DNA of 24,703 nt from a virus (taxonomy: Duplodnaviria > Heunggongvirae > Uroviricota > Caudoviricetes), in IMG/VR virus record IMGVR_UViG_2778261164_000008; one strand, given 5' to 3'. Position 1 is the first letter of the stretch, and each line of letters starts with the position of its first letter. A program made the translations under genes and the position numbers. Of the stretch, positions 1 to 9,196 are shown in pieces. Under the pieces are notes generated by a model. That model was not told where the DNA came from. It saw only the letters and a list, made by a program, of their open reading frames with translations, and ran no database searches.

Positions 1-1053
1 TTACGGGGTAATGCCAACCGCTGCCGCCACTTTGTCGCCACTTGGCAGCGTTGCCAGAGGATTGAAACGGAGCGCCGTTTCTAGATGATCCGGTGCCAGA
101 TGTGCGTAACGCATAGTCATTTTTATATCGTGGTGTCCGAGAATTTTTTGTAAGGCCAGAATGTTTCCACCCGACATCATGAAGTGCGCCGCAAACGTAT
201 GGCGCAGAACGTGTGTGAGTTGACCGCGAGGGAGCACGATAGACGTTTTTTCCATCACGGATAAAAATTGAAAATAGCAGTCTGTGAAGAAATTGAACCC
301 ATCAAGCGCCATGATCTCTTCGTAAAGCTCTTTACTGATAGGGATGCTTCTGTTTTTCTTCCCCTTCGTTCTGACAAAGGTAATTCGGTATTTGGTCACC
401 TGTGAGCGGGTAAGATTTACGGCTTCACGCCAGCGTGCGCCTGTGCTTAAGCATATCTTAACTACCAGTGCCAGAATTGGGTCCTGACGTTTGCAATCAG
501 CCAGCAATTCAACAATCTGCTCATGGGTAAGCCATGCCATCTCTTTTTCTGCGATGGTGAATTTTCGCATGTTCTCCAGTGGGTTCGGATACGACCATTC
601 GCCCAGACGGGATAGTTCGCTAAAAACACTACTTAGATAGCTTTGCTCTAGGTTAATGGTGACCGGGCTTGCTCCTTTCTTCCATTTCTCGCTGAAGTAG
701 ATCTCGCCTGTCAGGCGTTTATCTCGATAGTGGGCAAACATTTTAGAGGTGAGATCGGTTGCAAGAGGATTGCCCAGAGCGTCAACCATCAACAGCAATT
801 TGTCATAGACATGCTGCCCAGCTGTCAGAGATTTACCATGTAGTTTGAACCATAGCTCAACCACGTCTTTCAGTGTTCGACGATCCACTGATTCACCCAG
901 CCAGGGCTTTGCTTCGGTTTCTTCCATCGTGTGGCGCTCAAAAGCCAGTGCTTCGCCTTTGGTAGCGAATTGTTTACGCACACGACGCCCACTTCGTCCG
1001 GCGGGGTAACATTCGCAAAGCCATTTCCCTGTGGTTAGTTTTCGTACTGCCAT
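1..1053 (-). CDS. int: Phage integrase, tyrosine recombinase (P2/186 Int family)
   Basis: 350-aa ORF with ATG at 1051-1053 and stop at 1-3. N-terminus MAVRKL...KQFATKGEALAFE and C-terminal LTHVLRHTFAAHFMMSGGNILALQKILGH...MTMRYAHLAP match the 186/P2 integrase pattern as I recall it (R..H..R..Y catalytic region). Confidence 0.9.
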   Translation of the reverse strand: MAVRKLTTGKWLCECYPAGRSGRRVRKQFATKGEALAFERHTMEETEAKPWLGESVDRRTLKDVVELWFKLHGKSLTAGQHVYDKLLLMVDALGNPLATDLTSKMFAHYRDKRLTGEIYFSEKWKKGASPVTINLEQSYLSSVFSELSRLGEWSYPNPLENMRKFTIAEKEMAWLTHEQIVELLADCKRQDPILALVVKICLSTGARWREAVNLTRSQVTKYRITFVRTKGKKNRSIPISKELYEEIMALDGFNFFTDCYFQFLSVMEKTSIVLPRGQLTHVLRHTFAAHFMMSGGNILALQKILGHHDIKMTMRYAHLAPDHLETALRFNPLATLPSGDKVAAAVGITP

Positions 1054-1077
1054 AAAAAGCCCTCATATCAGAGGGCT
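1054..1077 (-). terminator. Possible intrinsic terminator hairpin after the cargo gene (minus strand)
   Basis: Minus strand reads agccctc-tgatat-gagggct followed by TTTTT, lying about 60 nt after the stop of the 1136..2812 gene and immediately before the int ATG. Confidence 0.35.
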
Positions 1078-1135
1078 AAATTTAACTGTATATGTAACCA
1101 GTAATCAATGTGTGATTACTATGAAACATACATTG

Positions 1136-2812
1136 CTAAGCAACATGTAGTTCATCGTTGGCGGAAGTGGCTGCTTTGCGCTCCTGCTCAATAGCTAGAG
1201 ACTCTCTATATTCTTTCGCCTCTGCAAACATTGTCCAGTGGGCGTTGATGTTCATGTCTTCAATAACTGATTTGATTTCTTTTAAATTTACGTTAAAAAA
1301 CTCTTTTCGTGAGTTAATTTTATTGACCTGCTTTTCGTTGAAAACTTTATGCAGATGGTTTTCTAATGATGGTGCATCATCACTATAAATCATCGCATGA
1401 ACATCGAACGAAAAAGGAACACTAGCATCTCCGAGTTCACGAACACGATCAAGTGGTTCAAGGCGGCGTGTCATTCCAATTTTATATACATCTTCGCCAA
1501 ATGAACCAATATTACTAATGATATAGACGTGGCCTGATCTGGTTTGTTGAGCCATAGAAATAGCTCGTTGATTTTTAGCTTCAGCTTCTTCATATTTTAA
1601 CTGTAGTTCAGCTATTTTTTGCTCTAAAGCTAAGCGTTGTTCTTCATTTGCAAGCATAAGTTCTTTCGTTGCTTTATTTATAGCTTGCTGAATAGCTTTT
1701 TCTTCTTTTTCAGCTTCTTTTATCGCTTTTTCATATTCCCTACGAGCTCTTTCCTCTTCACGAAGCTGTTCTTTAATCCTTCTTTGCTCTTCTTTTTCTT
1801 CGAGCATAATTTCATTAACTGCTACACCCCATTTTAGCTCGTTGAGTCTTGCCTGAAGATAGATGTCACTTATTTTTGCGGATCTAAAGGCAGAGCCATT
1901 GTAATTTACTAGTTGAAATGCATCTTTTATTTCTTGGGAAAGTTTTCCAAAATTGTTGTGTTTGACTTTTGATAAAATACTGTCAACTCTTCCATTGAAG
2001 GCATCCAAAACAAAGTTTATGGCAGTATTACGCCTGTTTTGCTCAACATAATCACACGAAGCAGCTTTATTAGTTTTTATTAATGATTTGGTTAACTCTC
2101 TGGCTTTTTGTAATTCCTTGCCTGCATCTGTAAATTCATAATTTTCTGCCAGCTCATCAAGTACACTACGGTTAGGGATGATCCATTCATCACCATAACC
2201 TTCAATTTTATTTTTCATTGATTTTGCAACTGCTTCATATTTTTCTGCAAACTCTTTAGCTTCATATGCTGAACCAGCAATCTCCTTTGCTCTTTCTTCT
2301 GCATCAGAAATAATTTTTACTGCATTGTCATTAGCATTTGAGATTAGCTCATTTGCTTTATTATTAGCATTATCAAGACGTTCTTTGGCTTTCAGGCGTG
2401 CATCGCGAGCGTCTTTGGTGATTGCTATAGCTTCGCTATTAGCGTTGCTTATTGTCATCTGAGCTTGATAATTTGCTTCGTTTACTGTTTTAGCCGCCTT
2501 AATTTGGGCTTCATCTATTTTTTGCTTGGCTATTGAGTCCGCATTTTTTATCTTATTCTCTGCATCCATTACTGCGCTGTGCAATTCTTCGTATTGCCAC
2601 AATGGTGCTGCTCGCCCTTCAAGCTCTGATAATTCTCGTACGGTCTGTGCTAGTTTTTCTTGATTTTCAATCAGTTGGTTAGAAAGGGCTATGTTGTTAG
2701 CTGTCAGGTTATCTATAGCCGCTTTGTGTTTTTTACTTTGTTTAAATAATATTACAGCTAGAACAGGGGCGAGAAATGCTAATAAGAGTATAACGATGGC
2801 AAATGAATTCAT
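1136..2812 (-). CDS. Membrane-anchored coiled-coil protein with C-terminal T5orf172/GIY-YIG-like domain (DUF4041-like architecture); cargo gene
   Basis: 558-aa ORF, ATG at 2810-2812 with an AAGGA Shine-Dalgarno about 8 nt upstream on the minus strand. Hydrophobic N-terminus (MNSFAIVILLLAFLAPVLAVILF), long K/E/A-rich coiled-coil-like middle, C-terminal GHVYIISN...YKIGMTRRLEPLDRVRELG resembling the T5orf172/MUG113 GIY-YIG-like motif. Visibly AT-rich relative to flanking phage genes. Confidence 0.8.
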   Translation of the reverse strand: MNSFAIVILLLAFLAPVLAVILFKQSKKHKAAIDNLTANNIALSNQLIENQEKLAQTVRELSELEGRAAPLWQYEELHSAVMDAENKIKNADSIAKQKIDEAQIKAAKTVNEANYQAQMTISNANSEAIAITKDARDARLKAKERLDNANNKANELISNANDNAVKIISDAEERAKEIAGSAYEAKEFAEKYEAVAKSMKNKIEGYGDEWIIPNRSVLDELAENYEFTDAGKELQKARELTKSLIKTNKAASCDYVEQNRRNTAINFVLDAFNGRVDSILSKVKHNNFGKLSQEIKDAFQLVNYNGSAFRSAKISDIYLQARLNELKWGVAVNEIMLEEKEEQRRIKEQLREEERARREYEKAIKEAEKEEKAIQQAINKATKELMLANEEQRLALEQKIAELQLKYEEAEAKNQRAISMAQQTRSGHVYIISNIGSFGEDVYKIGMTRRLEPLDRVRELGDASVPFSFDVHAMIYSDDAPSLENHLHKVFNEKQVNKINSRKEFFNVNLKEIKSVIEDMNINAHWTMFAEAKEYRESLAIEQERKAATSANDELHVA

Positions 2813-2832
2813 TTTAAAATCCTTTTACTATA

Positions 2833-3429
2833 TTAATTCGAGACTATTGTACTTCTTATACAAGCAACCACTTCAATATCAGAAAATGCACATTCAAAGC
2901 TATTCTCTGCTGTTGTAATTTTAATCATTCCTTTAGGAAGCCTTGTGATTTTTCGAATGGAATAGGTTCCGTCGATATTGATTAACCAGTTTCCATCAAG
3001 TACTTCAGAAAATTTTTGATCACAAATGTATGTGACGAGTCCATCCTGAACAACAATTGGTGATGAAAGGTTTGCAGGAAGAAATGATGAATCGAAGACA
3101 TATGAACCGTCTTCAATCATTTTGCCTGCGGCAAGGCGAAACTTAACAAGCTCTTCTGTAGCTGCTGTCAGCGAGCTTTGCTTAAGGCCTTGTCCGGTAG
3201 TTAACCATTTGAGGGAGGTTCCTGTTTCAAGAGCACATTGGATTATCCAGTCAGCAGGAAATGTATCCCGCAAATACCTGTTCGCTAGTGTGCTTTTTGA
3301 TACTTCCAAGTGATCAGCTAAAGCCTGTCGTGTCGTAAAGCCATAGGCTTCGACTAATCGCTCAATCGCAGCCTTACCACCTTTATTGGGATTTATTTTG
3401 ATCTCACTTGGGTACTTTGATGTTGACAT
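2833..3429 (-). CDS. cI: Phage immunity repressor CI (186-type)
   Basis: 198 aa, ATG at 3427-3429. N-terminal segment ...VEAYGFTTRQALADHLEVSKSTLANRYLRD...CALETGTSLKWLTTGQG resembles the 186 CI HTH region as I recall it; C-terminal FECAFSDI also similar. Divergent from apl/cII as in the 186 switch. Confidence 0.8.
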   Translation of the reverse strand: MSTSKYPSEIKINPNKGGKAAIERLVEAYGFTTRQALADHLEVSKSTLANRYLRDTFPADWIIQCALETGTSLKWLTTGQGLKQSSLTAATEELVKFRLAAGKMIEDGSYVFDSSFLPANLSSPIVVQDGLVTYICDQKFSEVLDGNWLINIDGTYSIRKITRLPKGMIKITTAENSFECAFSDIEVVACIRSTIVSN

Positions 3430-3451
3430 ATCTCTTTTGCGATCCTAGTAT
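3423..3451 (+). promoter_or_regulatory. Candidate rightward lytic promoter pR (sigma70-like)
   Basis: TTGACA at 3423-3428, 17-bp spacer, TAGTAT at 3446-3451, directed toward apl/cII and overlapping the cI start codon. Confidence 0.5.
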
Positions 3452-3458
3452 CAGTTTT

Positions 3459-3474
3459 GTACCCAATTGGGTAC
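3459..3474. promoter_or_regulatory. Perfect 16-bp palindrome, candidate CI operator
   Basis: GTACCCAATTGGGTAC at 3459-3474, immediately downstream of the candidate pR -10 element in the cI-apl intergenic region. Confidence 0.55.
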
Positions 3475-3524
3475 TTGTCACGATTACTACAGGCTCACCA
3501 CAAGCCAATAGGAGATGTTGCATC

Positions 3525-3746
3525 ATGACCCCTAACATTTCAATAACTCTGAATACGCCACACGTCACAATCGAGCGTTATAGCGAACTTACTGGTCTTT
3601 CAATCGACACAATCAACGATATGTTGGCGGATGGTCGCATTCCTCGGCATCGTCTTCGTAAAGACAAGAAAAGAGAAAAGGTAATGATCAACCTTGCTGC
3701 TCTTACCGTTGATGCACTTACTGATTGCAATGTTGTATTCAACTAG
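3525..3746 (+). CDS. apl: Apl/Cox-like excisionase and transcriptional switch protein (small HTH)
   Basis: ATG at 3525 with GGAG 10 nt upstream; 73 aa [42 protein letters not shown]...; first rightward gene opposite cI, as for 186 apl / P2 cox. The track ORF begins earlier (3408) but that extension overlaps the cI start and promoter region. Confidence 0.7.
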   Translation: MTPNISITLNTPHVTIERYSELTGLSIDTINDMLADGRIPRHRLRKDKKREKVMINLAALTVDALTDCNVVFN

Positions 3747-3778
3747 TTCCATTTTGGGATACATCAGAGGTGTCGACC

Positions 3779-4288
3779 ATGTTTGATTACCAAGTTTCCA
3801 AACATCCACATTTTGATGAAGCCTGTCGTGCATTCGCACTGCGCCACAATCTGGTGCAACTGGCAGAACGTGCGGGCATGAATGTGCAGATTCTGCGGAA
3901 CAAGCTGAACCCAGCTCAACCTCATTTATTAACCGCACCAGAAATCTGGCTGCTTACCGATCTGACTGAAGATTCAACGTTGGTAGATGGTTTTCTGGCA
4001 CAGATTCATTGTCTGCCATGTGTACCGATTAATGAGGTAGCAAAAGAGAAACTGCCGCATTACGTCATGAGCGCAACTGCAGAGATCGGGCGTGTTGCAG
4101 CAGGTGCGGTATCTGGTGATGTAAAAACTAGTGCCGGCCGTCGTGATGCTATCAGCAGCATTAACTCTGTAACACGACTGATGGCGCTGGCTGCTGTTTC
4201 ATTGCAAGCCCGTTTGCAGGCTAATCCTGCGATGGCGAGTGCAGTTGATACCATGACTGGCCTTGGTGCTTCATTCGGTTTGCTGTGA
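3779..4288 (+). CDS. cII: CII-like lysogeny establishment protein (186 CII family)
   Basis: ATG at 3779; [45 protein letters not shown]...[23 protein letters not shown] closely resembles 186 CII as I recall it. Confidence 0.8.
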   Translation: MFDYQVSKHPHFDEACRAFALRHNLVQLAERAGMNVQILRNKLNPAQPHLLTAPEIWLLTDLTEDSTLVDGFLAQIHCLPCVPINEVAKEKLPHYVMSATAEIGRVAAGAVSGDVKTSAGRRDAISSINSVTRLMALAAVSLQARLQANPAMASAVDTMTGLGASFGLL

Positions 4289-4295
4289 GGTGTTT

Positions 4296-4592
4296 ATGCT
4301 GACGAAAGAACCATCATTTGCATCGCTGCTGGTAAAACAAAGCCCGGCAATGCACTACGGTCACGGCTGGATCACGGGTGAGGATGGAAAACGCTGGCAT
4401 CCATGTCATTCACAAGATGAATTGCTGTCTGAATTGACCACGAGGAAACGGAGAAAGTCCAAATGTATGCGGCAGAAAGTGAAGTGGTTTATCAGTTTCG
4501 TTACAGAGGGGAGAGTTATTCAGTACCTGAAGATGATTTGCTCTGTTGCTATCCGTCATTGTCGGGCGATGGCAGTTACTTTTTCACGTTAA
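4296..4592 (+). CDS. Hypothetical small early protein (3' extent uncertain)
   Basis: ATG at 4296 just after the cII stop. N-terminal ~55 aa look protein-like; the 3' third overlaps the next ORF in another frame and looks like read-through. Confidence 0.4.
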   Translation: MLTKEPSFASLLVKQSPAMHYGHGWITGEDGKRWHPCHSQDELLSELTTRKRRKSKCMRQKVKWFISFVTEGRVIQYLKMICSVAIRHCRAMAVTFSR

Positions 4593-4687
4593 AGGATGGG
4601 ACGTTTTTACGGGGAGAGCAGGTTAAAGAGACGATACGAAAAAATGTATCTCCTCTTGAGCGTTACCGTAAGAACAAAGAACGATAG
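4463..4687 (+). CDS. Hypothetical small early protein
   Basis: ATG at 4463 preceded by GGAGAAAG; 74-aa ORF MYAAESEVVYQFRYRGESYSVPEDD... in the early rightward operon. Confidence 0.5.
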   Translation: MYAAESEVVYQFRYRGESYSVPEDDLLCCYPSLSGDGSYFFTLKDGTFLRGEQVKETIRKNVSPLERYRKNKER

Positions 4688-4709
4688 CTGCGTTTGGGGG
4701 ATATGAAGT

Positions 4710-5051
4710 ATGGCAATTAATGGCGCTGCAGCAACTGTTCCATTAAGCCCCGGTGAACGCCTGAATGGACTTAATCACATTGCGGAGTTAAGGGCGAAAG
4801 TTTTTGGCCTGAATATTGAGTCAGAGCTTGAGCGGTTTATTAAAGATATGCGTGATCCACGGGATATCAATAATGAACAAAATAAACGGGCACTGGCTGC
4901 CATATTCTTTATGGCAAAAATTCCAGCTGAACGTCATAGCATCAGCATTAATGAGCTGACCACTGACGAAAAGCGGGAGCTGATTAAAGCAATGAATCAT
5001 TTTCGTGCAGTGGTGAGCTTATTTCCCAGACGGCTAACCATGCCGAATTAA
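4710..5051 (+). CDS. Hypothetical phage early protein
   Basis: 113-aa ORF, ATG at 4710 with a G-rich RBS 9 nt upstream; same orientation and spacing as the early operon. Confidence 0.6.
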   Translation: MAINGAAATVPLSPGERLNGLNHIAELRAKVFGLNIESELERFIKDMRDPRDINNEQNKRALAAIFFMAKIPAERHSISINELTTDEKRELIKAMNHFRAVVSLFPRRLTMPN

Positions 5052-5118
5052 CCAACTAATGAAATTAATGGCGTAAACCCGCCGGGCATCCCTTTATCTA
5101 AATTCAGGAGAATTGATT

Positions 5119-5352
5119 ATGCGTAATATTGAAACCCACACGACTAAAACCGGACCGGATGACGCAGGGCTTAATATTTTACTGACAGAGGCTCGTCTGG
5201 AAGAACGCCGGGCAAGGGCTGAAGCAATGGCTGCTCGCCTTGATAGCCTGGCGTGTCATATCTCATCCCGCCAGCTAAACCACGTGGAAGCGGCAGAACT
5301 GCTGCGCGTGACTGCTGAAGCAATCCAGAACGAAGCGCAGGAGATCCACTAA
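5119..5352 (+). CDS. Small phage early protein (function unknown)
   Basis: ATG at 5119 with AGGAG at 5106-5110; 77 aa; its stop overlaps the next start as TAATG. Confidence 0.6.
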   Translation: MRNIETHTTKTGPDDAGLNILLTEARLEERRARAEAMAARLDSLACHISSRQLNHVEAAELLRVTAEAIQNEAQEIH

Positions 5353-5579
5353 TGGCTGATGCAATGGATCTCGTACAGCAGCGCGTTGAAGAAGAACGCC
5401 AGCGCCATATCCGTGCAGCCCGTGCCAAATCACCGGGCGTGTCACGCGTACTTTGCATTGAATGTGAAGCGCCAATTCCGCCAGCACGACGCCGCGCCAT
5501 TCCGGGAGTGCAGCTTTGCATTACCTGTCAGGAAATCGCAGAACTGAAAGGCAAACATTACAACGGAGGTGCTGTATGA
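5352..5579 (+). CDS. TraR/DksA-family C4 zinc-finger protein
   Basis: 75 aa with CIECEAPIPPARRRAIPGVQLCITCQ (CxxC-N17-CxxC), typical of phage TraR-like proteins found upstream of the replication genes in P2-like phages. Confidence 0.8.
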   Translation: MADAMDLVQQRVEEERQRHIRAARAKSPGVSRVLCIECEAPIPPARRRAIPGVQLCITCQEIAELKGKHYNGGAV

Positions 5580-6433
5580 GCACCATCCTGAAATGGGCGG
5601 GAAATAAAACCGCCATTATGCCAGAACTGAAAAAATACCTTCCTGCTGGCCCGCGACTGGTTGAACCTTTCGCGGGTTCCTGTGCTGTGATGATGGAAAC
5701 GGATTATCCCAGCTATCTGGTTGCGGATATTAATCCTGATTTAATCAACCTCTATAAAAAGGTTGCCGCTGATTGTGAATCGTTTATATCTCGCGCCAGA
5801 GTTTTATTTGAGATCGCAAACAGGGAGGTGGCTTATTACAACATAAGGCAGGAGTTTAACTGCTCAACTGAAATTACTGATTTCATGAAAGCGGTATATT
5901 TCCTGTATCTCAATCGTCACGGTTACCGTGGTTTATGTCGCTATAACAAGAGCGGGCATTTCAACATTCCCTACGGTAATTATAAAAATCCGTATTTCCC
6001 TGAAAAAGAACTTCGCACATTTGCAGAAAAAGCCCAGCGAGCAACGTTTATCTGCGCCAGCTTTGATGAAACGCTGGCGATGTTGAAGGCGGGAGATGTG
6101 GTGTATTGCGATCCGCCATATGACGGTACGTTTTCCGGCTATCACACTGATGGTTTCACTGAAGATGACCAGTATCACCTGGCATCCGTTCTTGAACATC
6201 GGTCATCAGAAGGACATCCGGTCATTGTTTCTAACAGTGACACATCCCTGATCCGTTCGCTGTATCGCAATTTTACTCACCACTATATCAAGGTAAAACG
6301 CAGCATCGGTGTGGCAGCTGGCGAGGGTAAATCAGCAACAGAAATCATTGCTGTTTCCGGGCCGCGCTGCTGGATGGGATTTGATTATTCGCGTGGCGTG
6401 GATAGTTCTGCCGTGTACGGAGTACGTGCATGA
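5576..6433 (+). CDS. dam: DNA adenine methyltransferase (Dam-like, GATC-type N6-adenine MTase)
   Basis: ATG at 5576 with GGAGGT RBS at 5565-5570. N-terminal LKWAGNK...EPFAGS (AdoMet-binding motif) and catalytic DPPY at CDPPYDGTF. Stop overlaps the gene A start (ATGA). Confidence 0.9.
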   Translation: MSTILKWAGNKTAIMPELKKYLPAGPRLVEPFAGSCAVMMETDYPSYLVADINPDLINLYKKVAADCESFISRARVLFEIANREVAYYNIRQEFNCSTEITDFMKAVYFLYLNRHGYRGLCRYNKSGHFNIPYGNYKNPYFPEKELRTFAEKAQRATFICASFDETLAMLKAGDVVYCDPPYDGTFSGYHTDGFTEDDQYHLASVLEHRSSEGHPVIVSNSDTSLIRSLYRNFTHHYIKVKRSIGVAAGEGKSATEIIAVSGPRCWMGFDYSRGVDSSAVYGVRA

Positions 6434-8844
6434 GTCATGCCGATATGAACAACTGCTGCGGCTTTAACGAGGCTGCCGCAGCATTCTCATGGAACAGCCC
6501 GAAAAAGGCCATTAACCCTTATCTGGACCCGGCGGAAGTTGCGCCGGTTTCTACGCTTTCAAACCTGATCACTCTGTACGCTGCCGATAACGAGCAGGAA
6601 CAGTTGCGCCGCGAGGCACTGAGTGATCAGGTCTGGGAGCGTTATTTCTTTAATGAATCACGTGATCCTGTCCAGCGCGAAATGGAGCAGGATAAGCTCA
6701 TTAGCCGGGCAAAGCTGGCGCATGAGCAGCAGCGTTTTAATTCAGACATGGTCATTCTGGCGGACGTCAACGCCCAGCCTTCCCATATCAGCAAGCCGCT
6801 GATGCAACGTATTGAATACTTCAGCAGCCTGGGCAGGCCAAAGGCTTATTCCCGCTATTTACGTGAGACGATTAAGCCATGTCTGGAACGACTGGAGCAT
6901 GTACGCGACAGTCAGCTATCTGCATCTTTTCGCTTTATGGCAAGCCATGAAGGGCTGGACGGCCTGCTGATCCTGCCTGAAATGAGTCAGGATCAGGTGA
7001 AACGCCTGTCCACCCTGGTAGCTGCGCATATGAGTATGTGCCTTGATGCAGCTTGTGGTGATTTGTATGCCACCGATGACGTTAAGCCAGAAGAAATCCG
7101 CAAGACATGGGAAAAGGTGGCAGCGGAAACCCTGCGTCTGGATGTCATCCCACCTGCGTTTGAGCAACTCCGTCGGAAAAGAAACCGCCGTAAACCCGTG
7201 CCCTATGAACTCATTCCGGGTTCGCTGGCGCGTATGTTGTGCGCCGACTGGTGGTATCGGAAATTATGGAAGATGCGTTGCGAATGGCGGGAAGAGCAGT
7301 TGCGCGCTGTTTGCCTGGTCAGCAAAAAAGCATCTCCTTATGTCAGCTATGAAGCCGTGATGCATAAACGTGAGCAGCGCCGTAAGTCGCTGGAGTTTTT
7401 CCGTTCTCATGAACTGGTGAACGAAGACGGCGACACGCTGGACATGGAGGATGTGGTAAACGCCAGCAGCAGCAACCCTGCGCATCGCCGCAATGAGATG
7501 ATGGCCTGTGTTAAAGGTCTGGAGCTTATCGCGGAAATGCGCGGTGACTGCGCCGTTTTCTACACTATCACCTGTCCGTCGCGTTTCCATTCCACGCTAA
7601 ATAACGGCAGACCAAACCCGACCTGGACAAACGCGACGGTAAGACAAAGCAGCGATTATCTGGTCGGCATGTTTGCTGCATTTCGTAAGGCGATGCACAA
7701 AGCCGGGTTGCGCTGGTATGGCGTGCGGGTGGCTGAGCCGCATCATGATGGCACAGTTCACTGGCACCTGTTGTGTTTCATGCGCAAAAAAGACCGCCGT
7801 GCCATCACTGCATTACTGCGTAAGTTTGCCATCCGTGAAGACCGCGAGGAGCTGGGCAATAACACTGGGCCGCGCTTTAAGTCTGAGTTGATTAACCCGC
7901 GCAAAGGAACGCCGACAAGCTACATCGCGAAATATATCAGTAAGAACATTGACGGTCGTGGTCTGGCTGGCGAGATCAGCAAGGAAACGGGTAAATCTCT
8001 GCGTGATAACGCTGAATACGTGAATGCCTGGGCGTCTCTGCATCGTGTTCAGCAATTCCGCTTCTTTGGTATTCCGGGGCGTCAGGCTTACCGTGAACTT
8101 CGCTTGCTGGCTGGTCAGGCGGCAAGGCAACAGGGTGACAAAAAAGCAGGTGCGCCGGTACTGGATAACCCGCGTCTTGATGCCATTCTGGCTGCTGCTG
8201 ATGCTGGTTGTTTTGCCACCTACATCATGAAGCAGGGCGGCGTACTGGTTCCCCGTAAATATCACCTCATCAGAACCGCTTATGAAATCAACGAAGAGCC
8301 GACCGCCTATGGCGATCACGGCATTCGTATTTATGGCATCTGGTCACCCATTGCAGAGGGCAAGATCTGCACTCATGCAGTGAAGTGGAAAATGGTTCGT
8401 AAAGCCGTTGACGTTCAGGAGGCGGCAGCCGACCAGGGCGCTTGCGCCCCTTGGACTCGTGGCAATAACTGTCCCCTTGCTGAAAATTTGAACCAACAGG
8501 AGAAAGATAAATCAGCTGATGGGGACCCCAGAACGGACATTACCAGCATGGATGACAAGGAGTTGCACGATTACCTGCACAGTATGAACAAAAAAGAGCG
8601 CCGGGAACTGGCTGCAAGGTTACGCCTGGTGAAACCGAAACGGCGTAAAGACTACAAACAGCGAATTACAGACCATCAGCGACTGCAGCTCGTGTATGAG
8701 CTGAAGTCCAGAGGATTTGATGGCAGCGAGAAAGAGGTCGATTTACTCCTTCGCGGAGGCAGTATTCCGTCAGGAGCAGGCCTGCGTATCTTCTATCGGA
8801 ACCAGCGTTTGCAAGAAGATGATCAGTGGCGGAACCTGTATTAA
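6430..8844 (+). CDS. A: Replication initiation endonuclease gpA (rolling-circle, P2 A family)
   Basis: 804 aa; contains [10 protein letters not shown] (HxH metal-binding motif of the rolling-circle initiator) and a YIAKYISK tyrosine region; size and position match P2/186 gene A. Confidence 0.9.
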   Translation: MSHADMNNCCGFNEAAAAFSWNSPKKAINPYLDPAEVAPVSTLSNLITLYAADNEQEQLRREALSDQVWERYFFNESRDPVQREMEQDKLISRAKLAHEQQRFNSDMVILADVNAQPSHISKPLMQRIEYFSSLGRPKAYSRYLRETIKPCLERLEHVRDSQLSASFRFMASHEGLDGLLILPEMSQDQVKRLSTLVAAHMSMCLDAACGDLYATDDVKPEEIRKTWEKVAAETLRLDVIPPAFEQLRRKRNRRKPVPYELIPGSLARMLCADWWYRKLWKMRCEWREEQLRAVCLVSKKASPYVSYEAVMHKREQRRKSLEFFRSHELVNEDGDTLDMEDVVNASSSNPAHRRNEMMACVKGLELIAEMRGDCAVFYTITCPSRFHSTLNNGRPNPTWTNATVRQSSDYLVGMFAAFRKAMHKAGLRWYGVRVAEPHHDGTVHWHLLCFMRKKDRRAITALLRKFAIREDREELGNNTGPRFKSELINPRKGTPTSYIAKYISKNIDGRGLAGEISKETGKSLRDNAEYVNAWASLHRVQQFRFFGIPGRQAYRELRLLAGQAARQQGDKKAGAPVLDNPRLDAILAAADAGCFATYIMKQGGVLVPRKYHLIRTAYEINEEPTAYGDHGIRIYGIWSPIAEGKICTHAVKWKMVRKAVDVQEAAADQGACAPWTRGNNCPLAENLNQQEKDKSADGDPRTDITSMDDKELHDYLHSMNKKERRELAARLRLVKPKRRKDYKQRITDHQRLQLVYELKSRGFDGSEKEVDLLLRGGSIPSGAGLRIFYRNQRLQEDDQWRNLY

Positions 8845-8936
8845 TTACGCGGGTTAACAATTCGTGCTCTTAATAATACCAGGCATATCAGGCTGATGAA
8901 CGTAAAAAAACGTTTTACATCAGTAAGATTATTATA

Positions 8937-8956
8937 TACTGTAAATATAAACAGTG
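8937..8956. promoter_or_regulatory. LexA (SOS) box
   Basis: TACTGTAAATATAAACAGTG contains CTGT-N8-ACAG with an AT-rich spacer, about 40 bp upstream of the 8998 start codon. Confidence 0.75.
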
Positions 8957-8997
8957 GTTATACGTACAGTATTGCGTGTGGTGTCATAGGAGGAAAG

Positions 8998-9186
8998 ATG
9001 CAGGACTATTTTTTGGAGTCTTTGAAGCTCCAGCGCATTGATTTTTTTCTTAAGCTTGTAGCGGCTAGTGAGTGTAGTGATGAAGAGAAGGGGCTGGCTC
9101 TGCAGTGGGTTTCTGAATTGACTGATGAACTCATGGCAAAAATCAGAACCCACGAATACAACCGCTCAATGGATGTCATCAGCTGA
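8998..9186 (+). CDS. Small SOS-regulated protein (possibly Tum-like antirepressor N-terminal part)
   Basis: ATG at 8998 preceded by GGAGGAAAG; 62 aa; directly downstream of the LexA box, in the position of the 186 tum operon. Confidence 0.5.
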   Translation: MQDYFLESLKLQRIDFFLKLVAASECSDEEKGLALQWVSELTDELMAKIRTHEYNRSMDVIS

Positions 9187-9196
9187 GGTGACTTTT

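Noticed and set aside
1637-1837. 66-aa plus-strand ORF with poly-Phe product (and 1158..1388 plus)
   Set aside because: Antisense to the coiled-coil region of the 558-aa cargo gene; the poly-Phe product reflects the complement of Lys/Glu-rich codons.
3408-3524. N-terminal extension of the apl ORF (track start 3408)
   Set aside because: The extension overlaps the cI start codon and the promoter/operator region and has no RBS; the ATG at 3525 with GGAG 10 nt upstream is the more plausible start.
3600-3938. 112-aa minus-strand ORF
   Set aside because: Antisense to apl and cII, which are supported by similarity to 186 proteins.
7813-8319. 168-aa minus-strand ORF (also 6916..7167 and 7264..7590 minus, 7043..7360 and 7673..7891 plus)
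   Set aside because: All lie within or antisense to the replication gene A, whose frame is supported by the HxH motif; treated as spurious.
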